Shown here in pieces: positions 35,152 to 48,164 of a DNA stretch of 64,000 nucleotides. Below the pieces are notes generated by a model that searched no databases, was not told the DNA's origin, and was given only the letters and a program-made list of their open reading frames with translations. The position numbers and the translations under genes are program-made. The stretch spans positions 472,707 through 536,706 of the forward strand of contig NW_003314302.1 of assembly GCF_000143415.4 (NCBI RefSeq). The letters are read 5' to 3'. Position 1 is the stretch's first letter. Each line of letters opens with the position of its first letter. This stretch comes from Selaginella moellendorffii (taxonomy: Eukaryota; Plantae; Lycopodiophyta).

Positions 35152-35778
35152 CTTGAAAGCACTGCTCTACTCACTCCCCGGTGCTAGAATCCTTCCTCGA
35201 ACCGCCATGCATCTGTTCTACCAAGAACTCCCGACCCTCCTGCCCTAGAAAAAAACCTAGAAACGATTTTCCCGCAGCTCAAATGCCAGAAAATCCCCCC
35301 GATCGCAGCGCCAGAGCTCGAGAAAATCCCCAGGCCGCGCCCCCGGGGCTCACATTTCCAGCATTCTCACGCACCTGGTGGGAAGAAATCCGTCCACGCA
35401 GCAAGAAATGCCCGATCTTTGTCGCCCGGCCACGGATTCACAGGCGCTGCCGCTCGCCGTGACGAGCTCGAGGAGCTGGATCCCGTGCTGCCGATGCCGA
35501 TGCCGCTGCCGCTGCCACCGCCGCTGCGTCTTCTTCCAGGATTCCATGCCGTCACGGCGCCAGTGACATTCTATCCGGGGCGCTGGAAAATTCCCTGGCG
35601 CTGGAAAATCCTCGCGCAGCGCCCTGGCGCCTCCCTATCTATCTCTATTCTGGCGACGAAGAAAGAAAATCAAGGGCTCTCTCATCAACTGCATTCCCGT
35701 TTATGTCATTGTGTTAGCTTCTTCTTTAACCCATGGGTATTACGTTTACACGCCGGATATAATCTTTGTACACAAAGG

Positions 35779-37315
35779 ATGGTCTCGCAAACAATGGTGA
35801 AGGGCTTCAAGGTTTACACGCCTGGCGGCCCAGAGGTAAGCAAGCGCCATCGTTTCTTCCAGCTAGGGTTTCGCGATACCGCGAATTTCTTGCGAAATTC
35901 AGCGAGATCGTGCGCTGTTCTAGCGTAATTTCTCGGTTTTCGTCCGGATTTCTCGTGTTTGGCTGGAATTTCTTGCTTGGTTGACAGTCCAAGCCCTGAT
36001 TGAGCAAACTGTGATGCTTGAGAAGGATATGTTCATGTTCTATGTGATTCTTCTATTGCATATTGCGTGAAGAAGAACCCTTTCTTTGTTTTTGTCCTCT
36101 TACAGGTACTAAAATATGAAGAACTGGACGTGGGAGAGCCCGGCGAGGGCCAAGTTAAGATCCGAATTAAAGCTGTTGGTCTCAACTTCATCGATGTTTA
36201 CTTTCGAAAGGGGGCCTACGGCGCCAAAATGCCATATGTTCCTGGTAAGCCCAGCTAGAGTATATCAACTCCTCTCATTGCTTTTTCATTCTTTCATTCT
36301 TTTCTTCTTTGTTTTCGTATTGATCTTCTTTTCTTCTTTGTTTCGTTCTTCGTTTCAACAGGCTTCGAGTCCGCAGGCGAGGTCATTGCAATCGGTCCAG
36401 GCGTGACAGACGCCAAAGTGGGAGACAAAGTTGGATGCATGGGAGCTTTCGGTGCCTACGCTGAAGAACAGATTGTTCCAGCGCGTGCGTTAGTTCCCAT
36501 TCCTGAAAGTGTGGACTTCATCAAAGCGGGAGCGATACTGCTCAAAGGAATGACCGCACAAATGCTGCTTCGAAAAACCTTCAAGGTTTTCTTATATTTT
36601 TATGGTTCTAGTTTCTTAGTTCTTCTGTTTTTTTGTTCTCTCAGGTAGGACCCGAGCACACGATTCTAGTTCACGCCGCTGCCGGTGGTGTTGGCTCGCT
36701 GCTCTGCCAGTGGGCTCGGTCGCTGGGTGCTCAAGTCATTGGCTGCGTCTCAAACGAAGAAAAAGCTCGCCAGGCCACTGAGGATGGATGCCACCACGTA
36801 ATCATTTACTCCAAGGAAGACTTTGGCAAGCGAGTCATGGCCATCACAAACAATAGCGGCGTTCACGTTGTCTACGACTCGGTTGGCAGGGACACGTTCC
36901 AGGTACCTCTTTCTTTGCAAAGTTCACGCAAAGTTCTTTGCAAAGTTCTTCGCAAAGTTCTTTCACAAGTTCTTTAGTCAGAGTTTTCAAACTTTCTTCT
37001 TTTTTCTTCCAGGGATCTCTCGATTGCTTGGCTACTCGCGGTTACATGATAAGTTATGGACAATCCTCCGGCGCTCCAGATCCTTTCACAATGTCCATAC
37101 TCGCTCCAAAGTCGCTCTTCCTCACCAGGCCATCGATCCAGTATACCACCAACAGGGACGAGCTACTGGAGATGGCCAATGATCTCTTCCACAACGTCGA
37201 GGCCGGAGTTCTCAAAGTCCGCGTAAACCAGACTTATCCTCTCTCGGACGCAGCAAAGGCTCACGATGATATCGAGAATCGAAGAACAACTGGCTCTACT
37301 GTCCTTATACCATAG
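35779..37315 (+). CDS. NADPH:quinone oxidoreductase (zeta-crystallin/MDR family), multi-exon
   Basis: PGGPEVLKYEE, AVGLNFIDVYFRKG, LLKGMTAQMLL, ILVHAAAGGVGSLLCQWA, VVYDSVG, SLFLTRPS and IENRRTTGSTVLIP*. Confidence 0.94.
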
Positions 37316-37350
37316 ATAGTTTACAGCTCGAGAAAAGCTTGCGATACCTC

Positions 37351-40300
37351 TTAAGCTTTGAGATAAAGCTCTATGTTTTCGACGCCGCAAAGCATTCGCA
37401 CCTTGTCTATCGTGGCTGGGGCGTCCAGCTGGAAATAAGGCTCCGGATCGCAGAGGTTCTTACGAGCAGCAGCTATGGCGTGCCTGAGAGCACCGTGCAC
37501 TGACGATGCCAGGAGCAAAGGTGGCTCTCCAGAAGCTACACAATTCAAGTCAAGGAGCTCGATCAAGACGATCTCTAAGGAACAGCAAAGGAAAGAAAAA
37601 TGTTCCATCGTTTATAAGCTTTCCTTGATCGTCGTGGCGATGCTCCTCGGATGTAAAGAATCCCACGCCTTGAGCAAACGCACCCTCGATCTGGAAATGA
37701 AGAATCTCTCTAAGAGCTTGCAATAGTTTCTGGAAAATATGTTACCTTCCCAATGTCCACGGCCGGATTTATGCTCTTCCCACAGTCGTAGACAATGTCG
37801 GTTTGGAGAATTTCGTACTCGCCAGTGAGAACATCGATCTCAACCTTGACAAGTGAAAATCCAAGCCATGGATGAAACCAAAACAAAACAAAAAATAAGA
37901 AAATGAAAGAACAAGAGATGGAAAAAACGATCTTACCTCACTAGCAGCAGCACCATAGTTTATGTACGTCAGGGCCTCAGGCGACGAAACGAAGGCAGTT
38001 TGCGCGGCCATCTCGACCCGAGCATTCTTTGCCTGCAAAACATTAAAGGATAGAAACGAAAGCAAAAATCAAAACAATCACAAACTTACAGCAAGAACGA
38101 GGGATTCCCACGACGACACCGTCTCTCCATCCCGGCACTCAGCCATTCTCTTTTCATGAATCGGCTTAAAGCGATCGACGAGCACCCGGCAAGCCTTCCG
38201 CACGGCCTCGCAGCTCGCCTCGGACGTGGTACTACCGCCAGTCCATCCACCGTGCGGCATGCTAATGGTATCCGCCTGGACCACCCGGACTCTCCCGACG
38301 TCCACGCAAATCCCACCGCCGAGCCCCTCACCCACCGCCTGCCTCACTTTGGTCCACAGCCCCTGTCCAATCTCCACGCCGCCAGTCTCCACCACCACGG
38401 ATCCATCCGCCATGATCGACACTCTCCCTGGCTGGTACCGCTGCTGCACAGTGTACGTGCTCTGCGACACCGCCACCCCGCGCTTCTTCCAAGCATTGGC
38501 TGCGTTGTATCTCTCCACTTCACGTAGCCGCTCGTCAACTTTTGCTCGATCTTTCAGCCGCGACCAGACCGCCGGGAGAGTGTATCCTTCCTCGCCCCCG
38601 ACCGCGGCGTAGGCCGCCCCGGCGCTCTCGACCGAGTGGAGGTTGCGCTCCATGACGAGCTCCGAGCTCAAGTTTGTGAGAGCTGCGACGTGCTCGACCA
38701 CTGCGTCGGCGAAGAAGCAGCCTTGGACGTGCGCATGACCGTCCTGCTCGGGATGTTGGTCCGGCACAGCACGAACTCGAAGGAGAAGGCTCCCCAGTTG
38801 AGCTTCTTAAAGGCGGAGAGCACCCCCATTGGCATGACAGGGGTGAATTCTGGCGACCAGCCTCCTTGGATGAAGATCTTGGCGTGGAGGGCGTTGATCT
38901 TGCCGTCGGGCTCGAAGCCTACGTCGTAAACGGCCTTCATTGGGTGCCTTCCACCCATCATGATCATGTCTGTGTTGCGGTCGAGAGTGAGGCGGACGGG
39001 GCGGCGGAGTTTGTACGCGGCGAGTGCGCAGGCAGAGGCAACCTGCACGATTCATGGTTAGAACCAAGGGCGTAAAAGGGAATGCGAGAAAACGAAGATG
39101 AGAAAAAGGAAGTGCTCGCAACAAAAACCATAGTTTTGATGCAAGAAGGTGCAAAACTGTAGACTACTTACCAGGCAGGCTTTGGTGCCTTTGCCTCCAA
39201 ATCCTCCGCCAACTCGTCGGGTGATGACTCTCACGTTGTGCATGGGCAAGCCGAGGCAGGCTGACACGCTGTGTTGCACAAAGTCGGGGCTCTGGTAGGA
39301 ACTGTAGACGACGAGACAGTTGTCCTCGTCCGGAACGACCAACGCAGTCTGTGGTTCCATGTAGAAATAGTACTGCGACCCTGTGCGCACCTGGAAGTTC
39401 CACTCGTGATCAAAACGTGCTTGCAAAAGAAAAATTGCTCCGTTTTACCTCAGCGTTTTCGATCTTAAGACTGGCCTTGGCCATCTCTTCGGCAACATTA
39501 CCGTGTTTGTCCTTCATCACATCCTTGAAAAACTGTGGGATCTCGTGGAGTTCCCCTCTGGCAACCGCTTCTTCCATGGTTAGCACGGGAGAGCCGACAG
39601 ACTCCGTGTCGTAATCAATCACAACTTTGCCGGCGGCGGCCTTGGCGTTTCTCAGCGTGTCCGCAATTTGGACGAGGACAGGTTAAAATCAATGGATTCG
39701 TACGTAGCTTACCATAAGTCCGACGGCATGGCCCACGCACTCGACTTTGTCCTCGGCGAAGAGCTTTTCTTGAGAGAGATCGGAGACGAGGCCCATATTC
39801 TGTCCGCCAGAAGGAATGTCATCAACTCCAACGAAGGACACCGCGCCAGGCGAAGCCAGTGCATTCTCCAGCCGGATTCCGTTTATCTTTGCCAATGCTT
39901 TCGTACTGTAAACATAGACTGCGTGCACGCAGTCCCTCGGAGCTGGAATATCATCCACGTAAATAGCTTCACCTGAAGAGAAGTTTTAAGAACAAAAACT
40001 AAAACCAAAACAGAACAGCTTACCTGAAGCTTGAAGCTCTCCCATAACCTTGGACATTGGCTGTCCGACAGCTCCCTGGAGATGTTCTTGCAATGTCTGT
40101 CTCCCAGACATGATCTTTCTTGACGACCTCGGGGTGCTTCCATTCTGGGCCTGTGTAATATACGGGAGCTCAGGTACAATGCTGCTGCTTGGAGCGGCTA
40201 GAGAGCTTAAGAACTTGAAGAGGAAGCTCGCAACAAGCGAAGACCTGTAGTCGGCCTTCGAGGTCCCCTTCTTTGGCACTATAGAAACCTTCGTGAGCTG

Positions 40301-41210
40301 GATGGCCTCCAACATAACTCCACTGTCCACCACCTTCCCTTCGAGAAACCTCTCAACTTCAGTAGCACGCTGACAAGTAGGCTCTCCTCCAAAAGCACCG
40401 AACGCGAGCCTCGACTCGCAAACTCGTCCGTCACCCGAGAGATTGACGAGAAACGCCGCATTCACGTAAGCCACGGCGTTTCCGAGAGGCCGAGGTGATG
40501 CCCTGTATGAGTCAAACCTGACGTCCTGCTTGCTGTAGGATGGGATGCAGATCGACTTTAGAATGCTTTTCCCGTCCCATGTAGCTGCCACAAAGTCCTC
40601 CACAGACTGCCGTGATTCTCCAAACTTCTGTGTCACCACCTTGACCGAAGCGCCAGCTCCAACCAGCAAAGTCGCAATGTCGGAGTCGAAGCCGAGCTTC
40701 TGTGCCAGGATCAGATTTCCTCCCACGCTCCCCGCGTTTCTTACGTGCAAAGTTGCCACTTTTCTCATGTGCTCGGCCAACTTGAGATAAACTCCGCTCG
40801 AATCACTGCGGCCAAATGCTTCGAGGAGAGCTATAAGCTTGGATATCTTCACGGCAGCACTGACTTCAATCCCATCCTCGGTAGCTTTCTCCTCCAGGAC
40901 CTCTGGAACGGCACCGATCTCTATGAAAATTTCCGGACTGGACTGGAGATCGTCCTTGTAAATCCCTGTGCTGGTGTTTCCAGCTACAAGCCTGGCCGTG
41001 TCTTGATACCTCTCGAGCATCGTGAAAACTTCCTCCAAACCACCCGGTCGAATCCATTTCTTCGTAGAACCCAGAGCAACGAGAGAGTGATCCTGACGAT
41101 CCAGAAAGTCGGGGAACTGAGAACCTTCCAGTCCTGGATTGTAGCCCAGCGAACAGAGAGCTGGCCTATTTCTTCTTTCCTGTCCGTGCGTCCGATGGAT
41201 CACGTCATAA
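37351..41210 (-). pseudogene. Aldehyde oxidase (AO/XDH family) pseudogene, 5'-truncated with internal deletions
   Basis: FAD domain (LVAGNTSTG, VRNAGSVGGNL) and Moco domain (RRVGGGFGGK, GGRHPMK, GVEIGQGLWTK, GGSTTSE, GEPPLLLA). The N-terminal 2Fe-2S domain is absent, there is a frameshift at ~38730 (VMR|HVQG) and an exon end is missing at ~37600. Confidence 0.85.
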
Positions 41211-42486
41211 GAGCTTGTGTTAAATCAAACCATGTTGTCGTCCTGGAATGGTGGTTTTTTAAAATGCATCTCCCACCCACTTATAGGATCATCAGAGGAA
41301 AGGCAAGCAAGCACAACCCCAGCAATGATGCCTCAGGGCATCTGCAGCTTATTGATACCTTGTGTTCCACCACTTTTTCTATGCTAAATGAATCTGCTTT
41401 ACAAATGCATGGAAAACTGTTTCATGTTGTTTACGACCTTCCACATTTTACACACTCAATTCCCCCAGATCCCTTGGAATCTGTGTTTTTGGAAAGTTTA
41501 AATTCATGAGGTTATATTTAATATCAAAGTGGTTTTGAGTCCAACTCTATTGGTTGGTTAAGAGAATTACACTATATATTAAAATTAACGTTTAGCAAGT
41601 CCAAATTCTTATTTAGCTATTATGGCCTACCCATTATTATCTCATTATAAAAGGTATTTAGACTTGCCAATTAAGTAAATCAATTACTAAAGAGTGCCTT
41701 TAAACATGATATTGTTGTTCTTTTGTTCAAATTCACAATTTAATACCATTCTATATTTAATAAAATTTTGAATAACTATATCTCTAGAAATATAAAATAC
41801 TAGGGTGAAAGCCTGAAGCAAGCTTTTAGATAAGGGGGTGGTGGGCACTATAGAGGGTTCTAAATGTTTAGTACAGACAATTTTTCGTAATAAGTTTAGT
41901 GCTAAGGGGGATAGAAATATTAACTTGTTAAAAGCTATATAGTAGTTATTCTTCTTTTAGGTCTGAGTAATACTATATCAGTATTTTTTTTAATCTTAGT
42001 GTTCTAAATTTAAGATTTCAAGTACAAAAACATAATTAAAGTAACACTTTGTTTGATACTATAAATTGGTAAGCTAATTAAGATTTAGTTTAGATAATTT
42101 TATTACTTCTTTCATTTTTCTTTATTGGATTAATAAAATAATGAATACAAGTGATTTTATAAAATTTATTAATATATCTGTTGTGAAACTTCTATAATTC
42201 TTTCATAATTTTTAATAAAATAATAATACATAAAAATGAAACTATATGGAACTATATATATAAAATTTATAATAAAATAAAATATATGCATATATATATA
42301 TATGCATATACCTTATTTTATTATAAATTTTAAAAGAATTGAAGAAGTTTCAATTGCTAAATCAAGAAATTCCATAAAATACACTTGAATATTCTTGGAA
42401 TATTTATTACTTTAGTGGTTCTGTTAAACCAATAAAGAAAAATGAAAAAGTAATAAAAATGATATCTAAAGTAGAACTATATTGTA

Positions 42487-43479
42487 TTATTTAATAGCTT
42501 GCCAAATTACTTGTTTTGTATCAAAGTTAAAAATGATAACATTTCCATCCCCTCTCACCACTAAACTTGCTGTGATAATACAATTTGGTTGTGGATTGCA
42601 ATATTTATTAGATGACCATAAAACATAATTTTGATAGTCTTTAATCACAAAATTCCCATCTTGTTGTAAATGAGCCAAGCATCCATCAATGGGCCTATAA
42701 GGGTGCTCACTTAAATATAAAATTGTTCCACTGCTCCTCTCAATTAGCACTAACTTACAATCACTATGTAGCATTAGCTTATAAAGCCCATTCCCTGATT
42801 TTAAGCTATTTCCTGCTAGAATAAATGATCCTGGAACTTCATTTTGATTCCCTACAAGTGATGATTCAAAGCTCCAACAATCACTTCCATCAAAATCCAT
42901 AAGAACAAAAACATTAGCTGTGTTTCTTAGTGCTTTAGTGGCCATACTAAAGTTACTATTTGAAATATTTTGTGTTTGATGAACACCAAAGTCTACTCGA
43001 TAGTGTATGGCAAAATTTGAAAATTCTGTGCGTATTTCAGCACAAAACCTTCGCCTTCCTTCAATATAAGTTGAGGCATCTAAAAATATTTGATTTCTAA
43101 TAGCTCTGAATGTGGCTCGCACCAAATGGGAGGGAAAATTGATTGCTACAAAGGGATCTGCAACACAAAACATAGCCACCACAACAGGGGCATTGATATA
43201 AAAAGTGATCCTTAAAGTCATTTCACCAATATGAAACTCCACTGATGTGCTTCCTACTGGAAAGAGGTTATAAGGATTATCTCTAGTAGTATCAGCATAG
43301 TGAGTTGTAATGAAATTGGACATGAGTCGAATGACATCTTGGAATTGCTGTGGTGACAATGCATTAGAAGCCAGCTGAAAAATTGTTCTGGGATTGGAAT
43401 ATTGGGGTGGTGGTGGAGTCAAAAAATAAGCCAACTTTGGCAAAAGATAAACAATTAAAACAATAAAAAATCTAGTCAT
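42487..43479 (-). CDS. Secreted protein: signal peptide + ~180-aa domain (RIP A-chain-like by eye) + C-terminal GNA/bulb-type lectin domain; copy 1
   Basis: Intact 330-aa intronless ORF with a hydrophobic N-terminus. Lectin motifs LMLHSDCKLVL, LQQDGNFVI...VLWSS and VRGDGNVII...IWQ. The lectin call is firm; the RIP call is tentative. Confidence 0.85.
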   Translation of the reverse strand: MTRFFIVLIVYLLPKLAYFLTPPPPQYSNPRTIFQLASNALSPQQFQDVIRLMSNFITTHYADTTRDNPYNLFPVGSTSVEFHIGEMTLRITFYINAPVVVAMFCVADPFVAINFPSHLVRATFRAIRNQIFLDASTYIEGRRRFCAEIRTEFSNFAIHYRVDFGVHQTQNISNSNFSMATKALRNTANVFVLMDFDGSDCWSFESSLVGNQNEVPGSFILAGNSLKSGNGLYKLMLHSDCKLVLIERSSGTILYLSEHPYRPIDGCLAHLQQDGNFVIKDYQNYVLWSSNKYCNPQPNCIITASLVVRGDGNVIIFNFDTKQVIWQAIK

Positions 43480-44086
43480 AATCTAGAAATTATAATTATG
43501 ATTTTCTATTCTTTATCTCTATTTCTGATTTTTAGTAAAATAAACTACCTAAAATAATAAAATAATAATTATAGATAAAATTTTATAATATAAAAAATAA
43601 AAAATATTAAGGCTATAAACATTCAAATTTTATCAATACTCTGGAATCAATACTAGCTATTGATCACATCACAAGATTTAATCCAAACCATAAAAATATA
43701 ATATTTTGAACACTCCCACTTATAAGAGACTTGAAAATCAAAATATTCATGTAGTGAGTGACAAATTGAGCAAGTTAAAAATTCAAAAGACTAGTTTAGA
43801 AACCACCAAAAATGTGCCGCCCAAGGTCTGAAAAACAAAACTATAGTATGAGGTTTGGAGGTATGTAATAAAGTGGTCAATGCCAAGAGCTCATTGTTAA
43901 GAGAAGAGGAGACAACAAACTATTAAAATATTAAACAATGGAGAAGAAAAGATAAATCTGTATTAAACACTCTAAGTACAAATTTCTTAAAACCCTATTT
44001 TTATAGGGGCTTTAGAAATTAATCTCAACTAATCCACAAACTTAATCTAAATATAAGTTCATACTGCCCATCCATGTGTACAGCAA

Positions 44087-44173
44087 GTTTTGAGTTCAAA
44101 TTCTATATGAGTAGAGGTTTAGGGTTCACAGGTTTTGAGTTCAAATCCCATCTGAGTAGAGGTTTAGGGTTCA
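44087..44173. repeat. Two-copy ~44-bp tandem repeat containing TTTAGGGTT (also present at ~53801-53887)
   Basis: gttttgagttcaaat...tgagtagaggtttagggttca occurs twice. Confidence 0.85.
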
Positions 44174-44640
44174 GTTCTTGTAATGATTAGTAGTAATTAA
44201 TATACTCCTTAGAGATGGCAAATATATAATATCATCCCCCCCTCCCTTTGATGGTACCTTCACAAAAAGTATGTTTTTTTAATAATTATATAAAGTACAA
44301 TAAGTATATATTATCGATAGAAAATAAACATCAATAGTTTTGGCAAATCTAGTTAGCTCCAAAAGTTGTTTGCAATTCAACAATAATAAAGTATGTTTAA
44401 TGTATATAAATATCCACTTTAAAATCTTGGTGTAAAGTGTTAATAAAGATGTACATATACTTATAAGGAGCATACACCTTTCCATATTCTTTGTGTTTAC
44501 TAAAGTCAAGAAGGAAAGCCTTGAGTAATAATTATGAACTTTCCATCATCTATTTTGACTATATACTTCTTTACAAATGTAATGATGTATTTTGTGAAGA
44601 GAATCTCACACTCAAGCATTTGGGTTATACTTATTTTACT

Positions 44641-47323
44641 TTACTTTTGCTTGAAGATGGTACTAATAAATTTAATTACCTTATCTTTTCTTATAGGCAT
44701 TTTATACATCTCTGTAGAAACAATGCCAATTTTGTCATTTATGTCTTCAACTCTCCTCTTAAGATTGGAACAAAATTTCTTAAGGTTTTCAATCTCATCT
44801 GAAGCGAGTGCGACGTCATTAGCAACTAGCCATTCTTTAGGTACTGCATCAGGTTTAATCACTATAGTGTCTTCATGGCAATAGTATTGCAATAATATAG
44901 CTAGCACCATCTCGAAAGTCTTGTTTGCTTTTGTTCCTTATAAAAATATGGGGCTGAAATAGAAGCAAACTTGTCACCATGGATCCAGACCCAATAGTTA
45001 CCCCTTAGAAGCATCCTAACATACTTTATATTAGATTTTATTAGCACTTGATAGATTGCCCATTACCTTGAATTTATGCTATGATAAATGATTTCAATCT
45101 GTTGTGATGCATTTTCTTTATCATACATTGGAGGTGGTTTAGTCTAGGGGTAGTGTCTTGAAGCAAAATGATACTTAACATTAGGCATATGAGAACTTTT
45201 TACTTTAAAGTCTATGCCAACATCTTTATAAACAAAGGAAAAATGATGTTTTGAGTGGGCAATTTTCATGTCACTAATAGAAGCTTAGGAAGTGTATTCC
45301 ATAAGATGTGTTGTAGACCACTTCTTCGACTATAGTTACCACCATTTGGGTAGATGGAGTCAATTTTCTCTTCATTCTATCATGTAATATCTCAATAAAA
45401 ACCCCTATTCCCATGTATCTTTCTTCCTCAAATACCAATACTTTTGAAGACTACTTTATAGTGCATATTAAATATGATAGACATGCTTCGTAAAGATTTA
45501 TCTTCCCTTTCTCTACAAAGGAATGCTAGTTCCAGTGCTTACTCTTAGAGAGATTCACAGTTGGGGTGTATGTGAGGTTCTCAAGTGATTGGTCCTTATA
45601 AAAAACATGATACTAAGAGGCAATAAAACGAGAAAAAAAAGGAGAAACCAATATAAAAAAAGTGATATCCCCACTAAAACATCATAACTTCCCACCACCC
45701 TAACCATAACTCAAATTGAGATAGGCAACTTGTGTCTATATAGCCATTTTTATGCCACTACATTTAGATTTCATTTGCCTTTGTTTCGTGCTCTTCTTCA
45801 GAGGATGCAACTTACCACTATTTGCACAACTCTTTAAACACTAATTAAAATTTTGGTTTGATAAGGTGGTAGTACTAGTTTAGGCTTTAAGCCCAATAGA
45901 GCTCACAAGTCCTCTCATGACCTTCCAAAGGTTGACTATTCCCAAAAATTACTTGGGCACCATTCCAGTTTATAGTAGCCCCATTTGTTATGAAACCATA
46001 AAAGGTTGCAAGCTTATTAGTCCGTTTTAGCATAATATCAAATAAGGACTTCCAAAATATTTCCTAAGATGTATGGTCTTGTATTTTAAACTCTATTGTC
46101 ACAATTGTCAAGTTACAATATAACTTGTGAAAACATAAATATTAAAACCATTTCAATATAATGTAAATAAAACAAAATGTAAGAGAGATATTATTGAAAA
46201 GTATGTAATAATATTTTCATACCTCCTGAGGCTAGTTGCACGTTGCACGTTGCACATTTCGTAGTAACTCCCGCAAGCTAGCCTCATCCAATTGAGTATT
46301 CTTGTAGTCCGGATCAAGTAAAGTATTTGCGATAAAATCCTTGAGCACTGTCTTTTGAACATGCTTTGGAGTTGCAGATGAGTTTCTCACAGTCTCTATC
46401 TGCACTGCATCTTTGAAATGGTTGACTGAACTCCTTTGTATCCCTTCCTGCATTAAATGTGTGTGCGTGCCAATATGTATTGCAGCTCTACCAACCTCTC
46501 CATCCCATGGAAGAAAATAGTACATCTTGGCCCTGCAGATGGCACGACACAATGGATCATTCTTGCAAAACCGACACTTGAATCCAACACCAATGGTGTC
46601 ATAGATAGAAGGATTGGTTGCAGATCCTTAAAAAAATGTGGAGTTTTTACCACGCTCTCGATTGCATGCTTTATTCACACAATCTAAATACCCACCACAA
46701 TGAACCATGGATACTGTACCTTCGAAATGCTGGAAATGTGTGGTCTTGATTTTGCACCAGTTGTGGACATCCTACTTCGTCTCCATCCCCTTTCATTTTG
46801 AGCTAACAAGAGGTGCTAGTTGAAAGAAGATATTGCCATTGTATGTAGATGGGAGCTTACTAATAGGCCTATGTAGAAAGGAACGAACATCGATAGAGAG
46901 GTGGGAAAACTGGAAAGTGTTGCAAACAGCGTGGAATATCAGTGAAGTTGGAGTTTGGAAATTCTTGGCTCGCACTGGACTAACATCTCCACTAGAACTA
47001 GAAGAGGAAGAAATGATGACGACTGACTCTTGCTTCACATTCACTTTAGCAGGATCACAGCCTCGCACTTTGATTGGAGATCCAAAAACTCGAATCTCTT
47101 TCGACTTGGAATGTTGCAAATCCCAATGTTGTCCACCTTCACCTACACCCGAAAGAAGAAACTCCGATTGTTCAACTACACCAATGTTGTTGTGAATCAC
47201 AGCTTCCAATGAAATAGAACCGAGAGAAAGATCGAAACATCGGCAAAGAAAACTTTTTAAAATAAGACTTTGGGAGAAAGAAAGCGGTGGGTGATCTTGG
47301 TAATGCAAAAGGAAGCCCTCCAT
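44641..47323 (-). mobile_element. Decayed Mutator-like (MULE) transposase with N-terminal GCM/WRKY-type zinc finger
   Basis: Manual read-through: DVHNWCKIKTT...CGGYLDCVNKAC...CRFCKNDPLCRAICRAKMY...IHIGTHTH; FYGFITNGATINWNG (catalytic D>N); ERTCELYW (CxxH position); LWLGWW; PTVNLSKSKH (catalytic E>K). Many TAA/TAG stops. Confidence 0.75.
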
Positions 47324-48164
47324 TTTGTTGCCTTTAGGTTTTGGAACTCTGAACTTTTATAATGAAATGTCACCTCACATGTGCTATGCCATTATGTGAA
47401 AAGATAGGGCGATTTTATTCTAGGATCTAACATTGAATAATGTTGTTATAATAAATTCTGTATGAAGTATATAGGACTATGTTGAACAATATTAAAAGTC
47501 TATATACATTGAATTCAAAAACATACTCAAATTTATTATATGCACTAACTTTTGGTAGAATGGAAAGAAATATCACCTCAAGCATGTGCCATAATATGAA
47601 AGATAGGAATGATTTTATTCTAGGATCTACCATCAACCAATTGTTGCCAAATAAATTAAATATTGTACATATTTTCAGTACTTCATTAAGGCTAGAAATC
47701 ATCACATTCTTCTGAACTCATTTAAATATATTCCATCTTTGTACTACCATCTATCACCTATAGTAAATTATCTATATACATTGCTTTGGAAATAACACCT
47801 TACGATTTAATAATCTTATATTTTCTAACAATTTCGTATTGTGATCAATTCAACACATGCATCTGTGACATTATTTCACATTATGACATAATCATATTAG
47901 AGCACACCTCCATTATTAAATTACAATTCAAAAGGACTTTGTCATGTGATCAAATCTAGGGCGGAATAGAAATTGTACTGTGCTAGATTTATTATTTATT
48001 GTACAGTGAAGATTTACTGCATCCACGATGAACGGCTGTGATGAAAGTTAGGTTAGGGTTAGGGCAGTTGCCGATGTTAAAGTAGAGCAGGAGATTGGGA
48101 GTGACTGCGGGAATAGAATGCCGCCAAGAGTAAGTTTTTTCTCCTCCTCCACTCCCTCTCCTCC

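Larger units (their letters stand above)
42466..44671. repeat. 2.2-kb direct repeat, copy 1
   Basis: Matches 52180-54383. The only differences I saw are two 1-nt indels and one substitution near the right end. Confidence 0.95.

Noticed and set aside
35350-35547. Short GC-rich minus-strand ORF upstream of the DDT gene as an extra 5' exon or uORF
   Set aside because: In-frame splicing depends on an arbitrary acceptor choice, and the WAC domain normally starts at MPLL.
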